A stretch of DNA of 64,000 bases, taken from positions 12,209 to 76,208 of the IMG/VR virus record IMGVR_UViG_3300032224_001477; one strand, 5' to 3'. Of this stretch, positions 38,701 through 46,385 are shown piece by piece. The notes under the pieces are model-generated. The model was not told where the DNA came from and did no database searches. It saw only the letters and a list, made by a program, of their open reading frames with translations. A program made the translations under genes and the position numbers. Within the stretch, counting starts at the first letter, position 1; every line of letters starts with the position of its first letter. The DNA is from a virus.

Positions 38701-41700
38701 CCGAGAGCTTCTTTCGCTCAGCTGTGTTTATAGCGCCTTTCTTTTTCGGAGCATTCCGCCCACCGTCTTTAGAGAGGTCGCCAAACTCCTGTGCTTCCTT
38801 AGCCTGAAGTTGTTCCAACTCGCTAAACAGCGCAGTTAATTTGTTATCGAGATCGGTAATAGATGGCTCGGGCGGGACTTGAAGATCAAGAAAGCCACGC
38901 ACCGGTTTGGCTTCAACTGCTTTTTTAGCACCACGTTCTTTTTTGGTCGCAGGCGTAGTTGCCGTCGAAGGCATAGGCAGGATCGGTTGCCCCCACCAGG
39001 TCTCACCCTGGGCACCGATGGGTTTTGCCGCATCGGATCTGGTAAACAAGTCGTCAGGATCAACGGTTCCTATATTTCCGTTTTGCTTGGCTTCAGCGAC
39101 CACCTCTGTTTCACGTTCGTACGTACCCCAGAAAGATTTTCTGTAAGCCGCATCGGGTTGATAAAATGGCTCAAGTTCGACAAGATACTGTTCTCCTTTG
39201 GACCGGTTAAGTTCAATTACCTGGGGGTTGGTTTGAGCAATTTGTGAAGCTTCATCCACGCCCACTGATTCAACTCCATCGACTTCGTCACCAATCACTC
39301 GGATGTTCTTAACCTTTACAGTATAGGTGTTGTCTTTTTTGGAATAAGCAAAAGCCGTAAATGGAAATGGGGTTAGCTTTGTAATGCCCCCGGGAGCGTC
39401 TTTTGGGTTATATATCTTGCGACCCTCAACATCTTTTTGTGTGCCAACTATTTTTCTGCGTCTTTCAATTTCTTCAGATGTTTTAGCGGAAAGCAGTTCG
39501 CGAGCTTGCCGCCTGCTTAGAATAATCCCCTCAAGGATATTCTCCCCTTGGTTGCGTATACGCGCACTTAAGCTCAGGTTCTTATCTGGATCGTTCGGGT
39601 CTAGCGCTTGAGCTTCACCCAGCACACGATCCATATTTGGAATAGACGCGCTTCTTGTAGACCTTTTGCCCCCTGAAGGTATCTTTTGCATTTCTTTTTG
39701 CACGAAAGCTTGCAGGTCCGTTCCCTCCAAACCATTTTGCTGACCTGTCTTTTCGGCCCGGGCTCGCACTTCCTCAAGTTGAGCTGCTGTTCCTCTGGAC
39801 GTTGTACCGCGTCTTTTCTTAGGCGCTGTGGCAAAGGGGAAAATATTTGCTGCTGTGCTACTTAGTAGTTTTACGTTTGCCGGAATCTTTTGACCCGCAA
39901 ATATTTCTCTTTCTCTTGTTTCCGAAAAAGTACTTACCCGCCCCGCCCCTTGATGAGCACCAAACATAAGCCAGTATTCTTTTCCGGGGTTTGCCTTTGC
40001 GTACTGTAAGAATCTTTCAAGCTGAACTCGAGCTTCTCTTGGGTTAAACGACTCGTTCGCACCTTGGCGATTGTTTTCGGCCGAGGGCCCTTTAAATCCT
40101 TTTTCGTATACCGGCAATCCATACGTTCGCCCATTAGGTCCCGTCTTGCCTACTTCAGCACCAAGCTCCTTTGCAATTTTACCATAAACACCGTTGTGGT
40201 TCCCGTTAACGTCTGTTCCAAAAACCAGAACACGGTCATTGGCTCGGATATCGACGGTCGGGTCAAACTGACTCTTAAGAGCCTCCGCGCTCGCCGCACG
40301 AGTCGTATACCTCAAAGGGTTGATTGAGTTCTCAATTATTTTTTCTGGGGATGCTGATACCGCAAAGTCTGTGCCCGAAGCCTTTGACCTACCCTCGATA
40401 ATGTAATCCAGGTACTCAGCTCTTGCTTCCGGATCATTAGGCACCGACCCAAGCTCTTGAAATAACTCCCTGGCTATATTCTGCGAATCCTTAATGAGAG
40501 CTTCTTTATCGGTACCCCTAGTAAATCTCGCCGTATTCTGAGGTTCGATGATAGTAAACTTTGAAGCGTTCGGGTTATCCTTGAGGAATCGAGCAACCCT
40601 TGGGATAAGAACATTTGCGCTCCTACCGGCTATAAATGTTTGCCTCGCGTCGGTGGCGATGTTTCGTTTCCTAGACTGCCCAATATCGTTTTTGTAAGTG
40701 TCCGGGTTCCCAATAACCACGACGAAATCTGAATTGTTAATGTTATATGAGTCCGCCTCGTCTGGATTTTCGGTCGTATCGAAGCTTGAGAGCAGGTCTG
40801 ATTCCGACTCGGCAAGCGAAGGGTTCTTAGAACGAACTTTCAAACCACCACGATTTACCCCGTGTTGATCTGCCAGGCTTTCAGCTACACCAGCAAAAGG
40901 TCCAAAACCGCTACCGAGGTAGGTAAAGGCGCCCTTTTTCTTGGGTTTTTCTGTGTCTTGTCCTGCAGGGGCGGGGTTTTGAGATCCGTCGACCTCATCC
41001 AAAGCAGCGTTCTCAACTATGTCAGGCCCGTTCAGAACATCGTTTACCTCAGTGGAATTAGTCGGTCGAAGCTCAGGAGTTTGGTTATTAGCAACTTTTT
41101 TAGCTTCTTTAGTCAACGCGCTAGACGCCTCCCTTGGGAGCTCAAGCTGGGCTTTTTGTTTTGCGGCTTGGATTGTAGGTGCGCTGGTCTGACTCGGGAA
41201 TAAAGTATTGGTCTTAGTCTTCTCTTCAACAGCTTGTTCTGTCTGAGGAATAAGAGTACGGGCTCCACCAAGGCCAAGCTCAACCATACCAGGAACCATT
41301 TCACCAATGAACTCAGCCCAGGCGTCGGCCGGATCGGACTTTTCCCCAATCGCTGCACTACCCGCAACTTCACCAGCCGCACCCAACATACCTTGTAGAG
41401 CCGCATCTCCAATACCTCGAGCGGCCAAACCCTTTAAACCTTTAGCGGTCTTGAAAAGCATTTCCGAAGGAAGTGCCACAGAAGCCGCATCAAATGCCCC
41501 GACTGTAACTCCTCTAGCAAGCGCCCGGTTCTTCATCTCTTGAACTTTTGCTGGGTCGCGAAGAACAGCAGCTACGGCTTCGGTGTTCTGAAGATCCCCG
41601 ACTTGCGCACGCAAGTCTTCCAAGATCTTTGATCCACCCTCAACGAAGGCTGATCCAGCACCAACACCTGCCATAGTAGAGAGCAGGACGGCCTCTTTTC

Positions 41701-42235
41701 CTCCACCCGCAGCTCTAGCGCCGATGCTACCCGCAGCACCCAGGGCCATGCCTGGTACGCTTGAACCTAAACCTTGAGCCGCAATAAGAGCCGCAGCTTC
41801 TGGGTTGGTAAAAATATTAAGAATTGGCGCAACCCAACCACTACCTCCGGCTTTTTGATATTTAAGCATCGAACGAGCTTTTGGCTGGGCTTGAAGCTCT
41901 CTATCTTGTTGAGCAAGCTCGGCGGCAGCTTCTTCAGGAGTATCTAGACCGTTGACCGCGCGAAGAGCTTTGGCCGCCTGCATTGAGGAAGCCATGCCGT
42001 TCACGAACTCGTCCTTCATTCTTTGGAAAGTCGACCGCGGATCGGGCTGGAGACTCAATGCTGCCTTGGCCGCTCGCACTTCCTCTTGAGCTTGCACATA
42101 CCTAGACATGTCGAGCTGCCCTGGAGCAAAAGCCTCATCTTGTACGGACTGCTCGTAAAGATTGAGAACCTGCTCCTGCTCGTCAGGGCCCATTCCCTTG
42201 AACTTATCGTTCTGTAGGATTTCTTGAAGTTGCAT
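29732..42235 (-). CDS. Giant (4167 aa) polyvalent internal virion/ejection protein
   Basis: Uninterrupted ORF; Gly/Ala-rich N-terminus, SLOG-like, macro-like, ASCH-like and HExxH segments, helical LPD38-like C-terminus. Confidence 0.8.
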   Translation of the reverse strand: MQLQEILQNDKFKGMGPDEQEQVLNLYEQSVQDEAFAPGQLDMSRYVQAQEEVRAAKAALSLQPDPRSTFQRMKDEFVNGMASSMQAAKALRAVNGLDTPEEAAAELAQQDRELQAQPKARSMLKYQKAGGSGWVAPILNIFTNPEAAALIAAQGLGSSVPGMALGAAGSIGARAAGGGKEAVLLSTMAGVGAGSAFVEGGSKILEDLRAQVGDLQNTEAVAAVLRDPAKVQEMKNRALARGVTVGAFDAASVALPSEMLFKTAKGLKGLAARGIGDAALQGMLGAAGEVAGSAAIGEKSDPADAWAEFIGEMVPGMVELGLGGARTLIPQTEQAVEEKTKTNTLFPSQTSAPTIQAAKQKAQLELPREASSALTKEAKKVANNQTPELRPTNSTEVNDVLNGPDIVENAALDEVDGSQNPAPAGQDTEKPKKKGAFTYLGSGFGPFAGVAESLADQHGVNRGGLKVRSKNPSLAESESDLLSSFDTTENPDEADSYNINNSDFVVVIGNPDTYKNDIGQSRKRNIATDARQTFIAGRSANVLIPRVARFLKDNPNASKFTIIEPQNTARFTRGTDKEALIKDSQNIARELFQELGSVPNDPEARAEYLDYIIEGRSKASGTDFAVSASPEKIIENSINPLRYTTRAASAEALKSQFDPTVDIRANDRVLVFGTDVNGNHNGVYGKIAKELGAEVGKTGPNGRTYGLPVYEKGFKGPSAENNRQGANESFNPREARVQLERFLQYAKANPGKEYWLMFGAHQGAGRVSTFSETREREIFAGQKIPANVKLLSSTAANIFPFATAPKKRRGTTSRGTAAQLEEVRARAEKTGQQNGLEGTDLQAFVQKEMQKIPSGGKRSTRSASIPNMDRVLGEAQALDPNDPDKNLSLSARIRNQGENILEGIILSRRQARELLSAKTSEEIERRRKIVGTQKDVEGRKIYNPKDAPGGITKLTPFPFTAFAYSKKDNTYTVKVKNIRVIGDEVDGVESVGVDEASQIAQTNPQVIELNRSKGEQYLVELEPFYQPDAAYRKSFWGTYERETEVVAEAKQNGNIGTVDPDDLFTRSDAAKPIGAQGETWWGQPILPMPSTATTPATKKERGAKKAVEAKPVRGFLDLQVPPEPSITDLDNKLTALFSELEQLQAKEAQEFGDLSKDGGRNAPKKKGAINTAERKKLSDRIREVTLQYGEMQNKIRAQRIVWLESGVSRISEAISKNPDMGIVIKNSPEWVKASVQELNAVLNSLVNPLDGSLRVYGVRTDYMNEMNGLGRQDSDWVGMAPTEEMTEAKKSQARSSYMNQIYSVDPRAINDPKKRFVPPPPLDIAKYAQEVILDNEERRMGRSATPALRPLTPEQITTLQEAIYAVNSVKPGAKITRDAQYLVKSALEIVKGYAEDQNILAKMYLAVREQNPWSLNFPGTYMQMLAKAIARDPRAGNLANLDIFLPFTDSPRPTNEAQPAKVPMRYPVPKEGLRQDLQDRYPNGTTTLQLIQDGRRKSTTRRAFARVGDVISFENDPTKYVVTSVVTPDLRTPGGRAAWESQEGWSLKFIDQDPKLRSQVYSPQSVQTTFEVYEAEDSRAGGAPLRPDNVQLFKNGEVVGEEAPAAAIFTPANAIEIQEFPGVVFKENMLYLMDKARNVMRALPFSFRNKFIANAKGTNVVTDTDVMLPTTSINVYEGPEMEAQRKLTPEDLNDLSWAEASNLLGKFPGKDWRSKFAFDVAQKLGASMPRRKEKPELNKPSHGSPVVITDPETVKFVRAYPGFFTGVETSGSALIITEITTKFGIFTSEPHGVAGLPRDFTTLFYRLLHPFFTTQENEFNSDVEFGAKEETNFAQKAFYTQKSDDMGSAANIAGGNVSTVGDTVPSYTDKPSANKQLAMGEKSYGQGLEDEQIPELESQKGAGEVSRGMGGYEYSQTLEQAEGANAVKSARLHMLISPEKTAIIKAADPEGKYVRMLVLPRISYISRFGNPSDITSRDGFAIVTGITDPMTNEYLGDKAPLRGREESKIIAQDKRLESAAVVARDMDKLGQYIYLPENVTIQDMVLAHQNLLNQFVGAKEGFVVDFTKETQESDSVIRVLRNVVSFDKTADGVFVSGVYNHRTNEWLGQLPYGAKRMTVEEISALTREQAAALGNKINTWLREDRGADVDTLSLDDVSFSDDDIKNRTLLLQTIAQSYLDGFGKTRESIEKSLVESMAANTRRDMNSLFLEDVDARLQRAIDEGAFDSEELALLPRIIQDAVNVFKSGMVYTPIDEQDLSKGWSYEVGVNRNAAGRSGRPLEHLLTRAKQSGLSETEVRSLVDNLSVTTPENSKDSEMLRRVFIEALIRSKRAPEVLETNNEELKVEEARGNRDAEYNRRRLSALFGKIFKQYDSMTQEPFGGTYLDESRPTNTLYGFVSSLSVEGYAGVLGLARRVSLIADSMKLREKSFVSLEGRTEEVKEGRPVEDIFEASLTPEDMGSDYDAQIGLDNEGYFTELDKYETLPTKNKRRTKFEAFINKMAAYRNTLPFIPRAVHDIIMREGFGFTSGYRPSMYNGKSNAQLDILFPTIKIKSGSQVGDKGKGKGFLSGALLNKVFGSLSGIPSSFIQEPVLRQIAQDRYEGILKELERNNMQEFSDAQKVKDVLELYDQEAQTELEKDSEIRAAVKAAGADIAKGTDPRKELNRIVADVARKGSLSKAMLAILENSPLESLNDAAMRITNLLHRIYRLNSVTREQMIEQLLDPVGKFDRTLAPEELISPQNDRTRVKDLLFNILLPAFESRAPFNSAAALSEMRKINDPYIKQADRSRMKKVQADVAGAAKYATESGFADAGVSFDSNLLNLEDPRQEKAMEYLRFIARRRGLKNVNFVSNTKEKYPVFTVRGSENANDPINSTIFVNPELLADKLFQQKDIKFLDGDARNTYNNLTAALMDQLITHEVAHLSYFEQLRKEYRARFPNGGVSWVSYYNTRVREAADFLRSEDNGLMVKLPGKKAVSVEQALGELYPETKESDEVLVAEFFRVLLELDKSQGAKVFTESLELVRSLQVQDRVSNLIQGQSRQQVRNLDTFSRARRRSFLGWLRTVLDSIFNLFSTLKNSSDPRARSLYETYYKINTVYDRFYSDYVAPPSYNVPSSEAPGLNSLGEAIDQARPIGAQPLSAAARAAEIYQDGVPTYEKASQKADLSYLADEGAIEAVEGVLDELSPEKISMWLTQVGPDADKTQDIDIGGQPYKLNQRQIVLLASYAIRRFRERGQVKRASDLLTYIANLGRNMGQTISIGYKLLKELLMYTPAGMVNEYITRLAETRRGVKDRVATQNEEIRKEVRELQDVALGLTLKDKGVQSLIEQINRLYSQALRENNADDIVTIIRNHYEQFSGEDLVKVLSRLLPDYENAPLRFQELADMVKANMQTQLGKALSLRGRTLGRKIVNRAGMTIPELKSERIEQLLSEMHEVVKPPISRTGNTLENAIAGDARKILELAALGAINEEVVLSSIDSLGKFPSFDVNTAETLRRMMEEAAELPDGFQKDRKFQEALRVLHGATKSDALPQISAYWYMSMLSGPATFWMNFVSTAFKSIADIATYSLAAATARGNPLLAAKYMALGYKTFLASMHTIAFAEAKGILLHGDINLRTNGKYVDEASINALESMDTDTLMKKVLSKGKYIFRIMAASDALFGRSALEGFAAIQAQIQAIENVENGLTKLSPEEEAARLLNQTDNFVAYATNVAINDEGLKPGTAEFTKRVYELRDQAILKDPERASIMRRAEDLSLYATYNNAPYGVLGNIAKCIGTFSQQHPILGPLFVPFTKIVSNVTNESINYTPIGAYRAFLAWGKAGTKKTSGLAKSVEQLEQIKLIEQGSLYAIQATLGTAGMLVLAGLSNMLKDKDDDGQDDGFNITGGGPSDPAARKQAREAGYVPYSFSFGGNSVKVSYLSTPLAIPLAIVGTWFDTSNYPRGREKDMGEKLTSAALATIQVPFNQSFLQGLSNLFKMLDGTSEGQDVSAAQNFFSGAVGNAVPNIIKQADQVFEPIPQQQTSFVGKWLFNKVPILKSMTGQPQLNVLGEVVNAPAGPERLLFLQRFINTSEADPLFKLLSAKKAFIPDARRGQTVQNYPLNDEQFYRFRELRGKVIAQVVRSPSFFSMAKRMSTEQLDDYLTKLGQKATATAKAQLTPELIRQGVKL

Positions 42236-42246
42236 TGTCTAAGATA

Positions 42247-43290
42247 TTATTTCTTAAAAATGTTCAATAACTCTGACTTCGCGGAACCCTGAGCAGGAGC
42301 GGCTCTTTCCTCGGGGGTCTTATTCATATCCATAACTGACCGCAATAAACCTGAAGCATCTCTCCCTGAGGCTTGGAGAGTTTGCGCATATTGGAACAAG
42401 AGCTGCTTTTGAACTTCTGGATCAGTAGTCACTTTTAGCATGTCCGCTGTGGAGCTTTGCAACTTATCAAGCTGCATAGCATTGAGTCTTCCATCACCGT
42501 ACAACTGTTCGTTAAGCATCTGCTTGTCCGCGCCCGCCATAGATTTCTTAAAGCCATCAACAATACTGCTGTCTACGGCTTTTGAGTTAGGATACTTAGC
42601 TTTGTATCCGTTAATAGCTGTACTCATCGCTTCTAATTCTTGAACAGATAAAGCCCTGTTTTGTGCATTTGCACCAACCAGAGCCGCGCTCATAATGCCC
42701 TGCACGTACTTGCTGTCTGCGTTGTTTTCACCGGTAAGGTTCTGAATCATCACAGCAAAGTCTTTTTTAACGGCTTGCGACGAAGCCAGGATTGTGCTGT
42801 TCAAAACTGAAGCCTGCGCCCTGTCGCGAACTTGTTTAAGTTGGTTAAATTGCTCGGGTGTGGCGCCTTCTAGAATCTCGTTTCGGAATGTAAAGTTTGT
42901 CAGCTGCTCTTGAGCATTCATGTCGCCTTTGTAAGCTCGGGAGTAAAGCTCGTTGATCGTGTTAAGTTCGTTATTTAAAAGCGACTGCATGTCCATTGCT
43001 CGGTTGTATTTGATTCGCTCAAGATTGGGCTGCGACTTTTCTAGAACACTTTGCATCCGCTCTAAGACGGCCCAAGGTTCCGCATCCTGCAAAGCTTGTC
43101 TGGCCGCATTATCCCTGGTGGTCTGCTGCATTTGCGACTGGACCAACGGCATGGTCTCTTGAGGTCGGAAAAGCCCGGTGTTGACGTTTTGAGCGCTATA
43201 GTTGCCCGGGCGAAGCAAGCCATCCTCTTTTACGGGGATTAAATACTGCGCCGGTTGCATCTGCTGTTTGTTTGCTAAGCCTAAGGCCAT
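42247..43290 (-). CDS. Putative internal virion protein
   Basis: Gln/Ala-rich helical 347 aa upstream of the giant gene. Confidence 0.6.
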   Translation of the reverse strand: MALGLANKQQMQPAQYLIPVKEDGLLRPGNYSAQNVNTGLFRPQETMPLVQSQMQQTTRDNAARQALQDAEPWAVLERMQSVLEKSQPNLERIKYNRAMDMQSLLNNELNTINELYSRAYKGDMNAQEQLTNFTFRNEILEGATPEQFNQLKQVRDRAQASVLNSTILASSQAVKKDFAVMIQNLTGENNADSKYVQGIMSAALVGANAQNRALSVQELEAMSTAINGYKAKYPNSKAVDSSIVDGFKKSMAGADKQMLNEQLYGDGRLNAMQLDKLQSSTADMLKVTTDPEVQKQLLFQYAQTLQASGRDASGLLRSVMDMNKTPEERAAPAQGSAKSELLNIFKK

Positions 43291-43293
43291 AAA

Positions 43294-44472
43294 TTATCTC
43301 CCAAATAAGGGTACGGTATTTCGTGAAGACCAGGGTGCAGAAGGAGCATACGGGCTGAAGCTTCCGGCTCCGCCACCGCCGAGACCGGTTGCCTTCGGGA
43401 TAGGGGTCGCCCCAAAAGACGAAGCTCCTCCACCACCACTCGCCCCATTGCTCCCTCCAAAGATTCCGCCAAGCCCACCAAAAAGATTGCCCATACCACC
43501 CAGCCCGCCGGAAGAACCGGCTGCGCCCCCACCAATACCGCCCAAAGCGGATACACCAGAAAGCAGTCCACTGGCCAAACCACCAAAGCCCTGACCGCTG
43601 ACGGCGCCCTCGATACCGCCACCCAAACCAGAACCAATCTTGGCTCCAGCCATCGTACCGATTCCAGGAGCAATGAAAGAACCTGCGATAGCTCCTAGAC
43701 CGCCACCGATAAGACTGCCAAGCCCACTACTGCCCCGCTGTTGGAACTTCATCAGGTCGTAGTTGTACTTGTTCATGGCGTTTGTATTCGCCGTGTTTGT
43801 ATCCGCAATAGCCTGATCGTTCTTGATTCCGGTGTTGTAGTACCGCTGTTGATTCTCGATGTCGTTATTGTACGTGGTCGTGTAGTTGGTCAGGTTCGTA
43901 TTAAACGCAACCTCTTGGTTTGAGATGGCTGTATTCGCGTCCTGCCTGGCTAGGACATCTGCGGGGCTGAACAAAAGATCGGTGGGCTTGACCGGTGTGA
44001 GCGCATTGGCATCACCCAGAAGAGTTTGATAGTTTTGAAGCCCCGCGTTCTTCATGTCCATTGTGGTAGCGCCAAAGTCGCGAGCGGTAAGGTTTCTTGC
44101 TCGTTGGCTGGAGGAGCCGGCGCCCGAGGAAAAATCCCTAAAGGCCGCGCTGCCAAACAATTGATCTTCTACATCCTGGGGAATCTCTCCACGCATCTGG
44201 GCTGAAACTGTGTCCGCCGCAGATTTAAGATTGTCCATGACCCCAGGGGCAACACCTTCAAGGGTGCGCTGGGCCGATTGATTTGCCGCACTAGAAAAAC
44301 CCTCCAGATCCCCAAGAACGCTCTGCTGTTGCATGAAGTCAGGGTACGCATTGAGGTAAGAGCCAAGATCGTTTAGATCCAGGTTTAGTAGCTGACCAAG
44401 TTTCTCCAGATCAATCTGAGAAAACTTTGGAGCCTGAAGTTCTGGTGGTTTAGGAGGACTTTTCTTACCCAT
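43294..44472 (-). CDS. Putative DNA pilot/ejection protein
   Basis: MGKKSPPKPP start, Asn/Gln-rich coil, long glycine zipper. Confidence 0.6.
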   Translation of the reverse strand: MGKKSPPKPPELQAPKFSQIDLEKLGQLLNLDLNDLGSYLNAYPDFMQQQSVLGDLEGFSSAANQSAQRTLEGVAPGVMDNLKSAADTVSAQMRGEIPQDVEDQLFGSAAFRDFSSGAGSSSQRARNLTARDFGATTMDMKNAGLQNYQTLLGDANALTPVKPTDLLFSPADVLARQDANTAISNQEVAFNTNLTNYTTTYNNDIENQQRYYNTGIKNDQAIADTNTANTNAMNKYNYDLMKFQQRGSSGLGSLIGGGLGAIAGSFIAPGIGTMAGAKIGSGLGGGIEGAVSGQGFGGLASGLLSGVSALGGIGGGAAGSSGGLGGMGNLFGGLGGIFGGSNGASGGGGASSFGATPIPKATGLGGGGAGSFSPYAPSAPWSSRNTVPLFGR

Positions 44473-44473
44473 A

Positions 44474-44884
44474 TTACAGTCCCATCCTGGCTAGCCGGTC
44501 GAAGAACGACGCTGGGTAGATCGACGTGCGATCAAAATGTTTATGTCTGGAAAAACCTACATGTGTAGGCCGTCCGAGGTTTTCAAATACAGGTTTAATC
44601 ATGCGACCCAAACCCCCATGCAAAAGACTGACCGTCCAGTCCACCCAGAGAAGCTTTCCGTCAGCCTTGTGAGCCCAGCGATCCCGAGCCTGCTCAGGAC
44701 CATCAACTCTGCGAAACAAAGTAACCCCTTGCACCGCCTTGTATTTGTTTACATCCCGATCCAGAACAAGGGCCATATTTTGCATATGCCATTGGACGGT
44801 CTTTTCCGGCTCCTGGCAGTGAGGAAGCATGACTTTCACAAAATCGATGGTTTCCTGTATAAAGGGAGGATTGGCCGGAGTCAT
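44474..44884 (-). CDS. Hypothetical, possibly GNAT-fold tail assembly factor
   Basis: Position just before ejection proteins as in many podoviruses; alpha/beta pattern. Confidence 0.4.
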   Translation of the reverse strand: MTPANPPFIQETIDFVKVMLPHCQEPEKTVQWHMQNMALVLDRDVNKYKAVQGVTLFRRVDGPEQARDRWAHKADGKLLWVDWTVSLLHGGLGRMIKPVFENLGRPTHVGFSRHKHFDRTSIYPASFFDRLARMGL

Positions 44885-44932
44885 GTGTATTGTCACTATT
44901 CTGCCAGTAATAATATACAGATCAACAACATT

Positions 44933-45139
44933 TTAAGGTGCAGGGGCTTCCTGCTCTGGGGCCGGATCCTGGGCGGGTACGTCTGCGGGTAGCGGTTCGT
45001 TACCTTCGGCCAGCCATTTTAGGTAGGCTTGGTAGTCGGTGTTGGCTGGGTCGAATGGGATACAGTAGATGTAGTCACCAACAATCATCTGAACTGCGTT
45101 GTTTATTTTAAGTGTAGGACTGTAAAGCAGTTTGTACAT
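44933..45139 (-). CDS. Tail fibre assembly chaperone-like protein
   Basis: IPFDPANTDYQAYLKWLAEGNEPLPAD. Confidence 0.7.
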   Translation of the reverse strand: MYKLLYSPTLKINNAVQMIVGDYIYCIPFDPANTDYQAYLKWLAEGNEPLPADVPAQDPAPEQEAPAP

Positions 45140-45140
45140 T

Positions 45141-46223
45141 TTATAACTCCGAGTTAAATGCTACAAGCGCTCCTGTGGCAATGGTGTAAAAAAAGTTTCC
45201 AGATCCAGCTGTTAGCCCAGTTGTGTCAGAATAAAGCGATGATCCTCTTGTGCTTACAACATCTTGAACAAGAGTGGTTGATTTTATTGTTGAGCCTTGA
45301 TACGTCTCATAATAGTCTGTACCAGTTGTTGAAACCAGCACTGGATTTGCTCTCATATTTACTGGAAAATACACGCTCCCATAAGACCTTGTTGTACCCG
45401 CGTTAAAACCGCTGAAAATTGGTTTGGTTGAACCTCTTGCGTGTTCATAATAATATCTCTGACACAATGCCAACTCGGTTCCATACGGCCTACGCTCAAA
45501 GTCGGTTGCGGTTGAACCTGCTTCGAGTTGGACTCCTGTGATGTAGAAGGTGGCTCCGTTTGTGCCAACCAGACTTACAGACCCAGTTGGTTGATAAAAG
45601 AAACCAGATTGCCACGAATTAGCAGTTCCACAGTAAGTTGCTCCGCATCCAAGGCTAAAGATTAAATAAAGTCCAACACCATTAGTTGTTGATCCTAATG
45701 CATAAGAAGTGTTTGGTGGAATTGTTACGCTAATCTTTGTCCAAGTATTAGCTGAAGAAATTGTATAGTTAAAAGGATATGAACCATAACCAGTAGTTAA
45801 AGAGGCACCAAAGCTACCAGTGAGCGAAGATTGCACCCAAAACGAAATAACAATACTTTGTGCGCTTGCGGTATTGTAACCAAGATCAGTTACATTATAT
45901 CCTTCTACTGCTTGAATTACAGCAAAGAAATCACCTGATCCTACAGAATACGAAGAAGTTGAAGTTACTAATAGACTATTAGTAAATCCAGTTGGAGCCG
46001 TTGATGATTGTTGTGTGTTATATTTGCTTGCAGTGAGTTGAGTGTTCCATCTATCCAAGCAATACCCACCATTCGAAAGTGAAGTGCCACTTGTTACATT
46101 TCTTTGGTTAATCCGCATATCTCCATTGATAATACGATTTCGGAAACCTGTCAGCGCAGAGGTTTTCTGCACACTGCCGTCATTGAAGGTTACACCGTTT
46201 GTGCCGTGGACAGATACACTCAT
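45141..46223 (-). CDS. Tail fibre / receptor-binding protein
   Basis: FRNRIINGDMRI.QR and VQLEAGSTAT.FERRP.GTELALCQRYY blocks flanking a carbohydrate-binding-like region. Confidence 0.75.
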   Translation of the reverse strand: MSVSVHGTNGVTFNDGSVQKTSALTGFRNRIINGDMRINQRNVTSGTSLSNGGYCLDRWNTQLTASKYNTQQSSTAPTGFTNSLLVTSTSSYSVGSGDFFAVIQAVEGYNVTDLGYNTASAQSIVISFWVQSSLTGSFGASLTTGYGSYPFNYTISSANTWTKISVTIPPNTSYALGSTTNGVGLYLIFSLGCGATYCGTANSWQSGFFYQPTGSVSLVGTNGATFYITGVQLEAGSTATDFERRPYGTELALCQRYYYEHARGSTKPIFSGFNAGTTRSYGSVYFPVNMRANPVLVSTTGTDYYETYQGSTIKSTTLVQDVVSTRGSSLYSDTTGLTAGSGNFFYTIATGALVAFNSEL

Positions 46224-46384
46224 GATATTGCCTCAGTAGGTTCGTCCGCAGGAAGCGGAGTATTGCCTTCGGCTATCCACTTCTCGTATGCAGTCCAACT
46301 TGAGTTAAATTCGCACTTTGTAATATAGGTAGAGTCTTCAATTCTAAATACGCATTCCGAGTTAAGAGTAAGTTTATAGTTCAT
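46220..46384 (-). CDS. Tail fibre chaperone-like paralogue
   Basis: AYEKWIAEGNTPLPAD matches 44933-45139. Confidence 0.65.
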   Translation of the reverse strand: MNYKLTLNSECVFRIEDSTYITKCEFNSSWTAYEKWIAEGNTPLPADEPTEAIS

Positions 46385-46385
46385 A

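Noticed and set aside
29732-42235. Virion RNA polymerase (N4- or crAss-like)
   Set aside because: No DFDGD/DxDxD catalytic context or T7-type motifs recognised; the acidic DKDDDG run near the C-terminus is a low-complexity loop.
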